DNA of 64,000 nucleotides from Thelocarpon superellum (Eukaryota): NCBI GenBank assembly GCA_026025795.1, contig JAPEUG010000009.1, positions 1 to 64,000 of the forward strand, read 5' to 3'. Shown piece by piece: positions 62,426 to 64,000 of this stretch (position 1 is its first letter; each line of letters starts with the position of its first letter). The notes under the pieces were generated by a model. It saw only the letters and a program-made list of their open reading frames with translations, ran no database searches and was not told where the DNA came from. The position numbers and the translations under genes were made by a program.

Positions 62426-64000
62426 ATGGCGAGCTGGCAGCTCTGGTCGCTCTGCATCGCGGCCGCCACGCTGGTGGCCGCCGACAAGGCCACGATCGCA
62501 TACAATGGATACGGCACTCGAATTACTACGGGCGCACAGGTCGCCGGCGCAACTGCGGCTAGCCAGGCGGGCGCGGCCGACCACGGCGGGCAAGAGGGTC
62601 CAACGACGGCGGACATGGAGAATATGAAATACTACGTCTACCTGATGGCGGTGCTGTCGTCGACGATCGCCACGACGTTTTGCTTTCAACACCTCATGCG
62701 CGGCATGCGCTACGTGCGCACCATTGCCTGTCTGAACAACGACACCCAGCGGTACTTTGTCATCCCCAACAACGCCTTGGCCCACTTCAAGCGGCATCTT
62801 CTGTACGCGCCGCTCTTCCGCAAACGCCACAGCAGCGAGTTCAGCCGGGCGATCGACCTGGGCGTCCTGCCGACGCGCGTGCAATCGCTCTTCATCCTTG
62901 GCTACGTGGGAACCAACGTCGCCTTTTGCCTGCTCAGCATCGACTGGTCGTCCCCATCCACTACGGTGCTGGCGGAATTCCGGAACCGAACCGGCATCTT
63001 GGCCGTCGTCAACATGGTCCCGCTGTTCATCATGGGCGGGCGGACCAACCCGCTGATCAGCCTGCTCAACATCCCGTTTGACTCCTTCAACCTGATACAT
63101 CGGTGGTTCGGCCGCATCGTCGTGGTCGAGGCTGTCTGCCACACGTGCGCCTACATCATCTCCAAGGTCCAGACGACGGGATGGCGCAGCGTAGAGGCGG
63201 CCATGAAAGAAGGCAACATGATCATGGGGGGACTGGTTGGAACGATCGCTCTGGTGGTGATCTTGCTCCAATCGTTTGCCGCCGTGCGCCACGCCTTTTA
63301 CGAAATCTTCTTGCATCTCCACCTTCTCCTAATCACCGTGGTCGTGGTTGGCCTGTGGCTTCACTTGCAAAATCTACCGCAGATGACGTTCTTGGTCGCC
63401 GGAGTGGTGATCTGGAGTCTCCTGGTATGTATCGGGGATACTTGATGGACGTGCGACCGGCTGATGATTGTAGCGATCATGGCGCGTGGTGACGCTGACT
63501 TATCGGAACTTTGGCCCCGGCAAAACTCAGGCATATGTGGAGGTGTTGCCAGGCGACGCCGTCCGCGTCACGCTCACCATGCCACGTCCTTGGCACTCTC
63601 GGCCGGGCCAACACCTGTTCCTTTACGTGCCGTCGCTCTCACTGTGGATGTCGCACCCTTTCTCGGTCGTGTGGAGTGAGCAAGAGACGGACATTGGCGG
63701 CGAGAAGGGGATTGTGATGGATCGACAAGATATTCACACGCTGCGCAAGTCGAGCGTGTCTCTCATCATCCGTCGACGCGTGGGATTCACCGAGAAGCTC
63801 TACAAGAAGGCGGCACAAGCCCCGGATCAGAAGTTCTCCGTCAGGGCCTACGTCGAGGGACCATACGGAGGGCTGCAGAGTCTCGAGTCATACGGCACGG
63901 TGATGCTATTCGCCGGAGGGGTGGGCATCACGCATCAAGTGCCTTATGTGCGACAGCTGGTGGATGGATTTGCCAATGGAACGGTAGCGGCACGCAAGGT
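62426..64000 (+). CDS. Ferric/cupric reductase (FRE family), runs off window end; probable 5'UTR intron at 61957-62054
   Basis: Signal-like N-terminus; RTGILAVVN..PL, GRTNPL, heme His pairs (HRWFGR...H; LHLH), RPGQH, HPFS (FAD), EGPYG and AGGVGIT (NADPH); intron 63425-63473. Confidence 0.93.

Noticed and set aside
62198..63322. 374-aa minus-strand ORF
   Set aside because: Antisense shadow of the ferric reductase codons.

Overview
GC-rich, intron-rich genomic DNA of a filamentous ascomycete (Pezizomycotina-type GT..CTRAY..AG introns, mostly 45-110 nt). It holds about 24 protein genes. Recognisable ones: ARC15 (partial), Rab5/VPS21, SCS3/FIT, a Methyltransf_22-type protein, a DUF4185-like secreted protein, an RRT8/LDS-like protein, a NUDIX hydrolase, a TMEM205-like protein, KU80, PAM18, RLP24, a C2H2 protein, an alpha/beta hydrolase, an AtrR-like Zn2Cys6 factor, an m-AAA protease, a DUF1295 protein, TOP3, STB3 and a ferric reductase (partial). 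There are also several orphan secreted proteins, some apparently decaying. I found no tRNA, rRNA, CRISPR array or intact transposon. The most notable observations are: (1) a candidate spliced 21-aa micropeptide gene (MGRGAYDTTGVPKPPPPPKPR) in an apparently gene-free 7 kb region, too short for the ORF track; (2) a dispersed non-coding motif GTACGAGTAC, far above chance frequency; (3) about 15% of inferred introns ending in AAG; (4) a stop/start-coupled double-uORF layout in front of two genes; (5) damaged small secreted protein genes. All family assignments come from recognising motifs by eye, with no database search.
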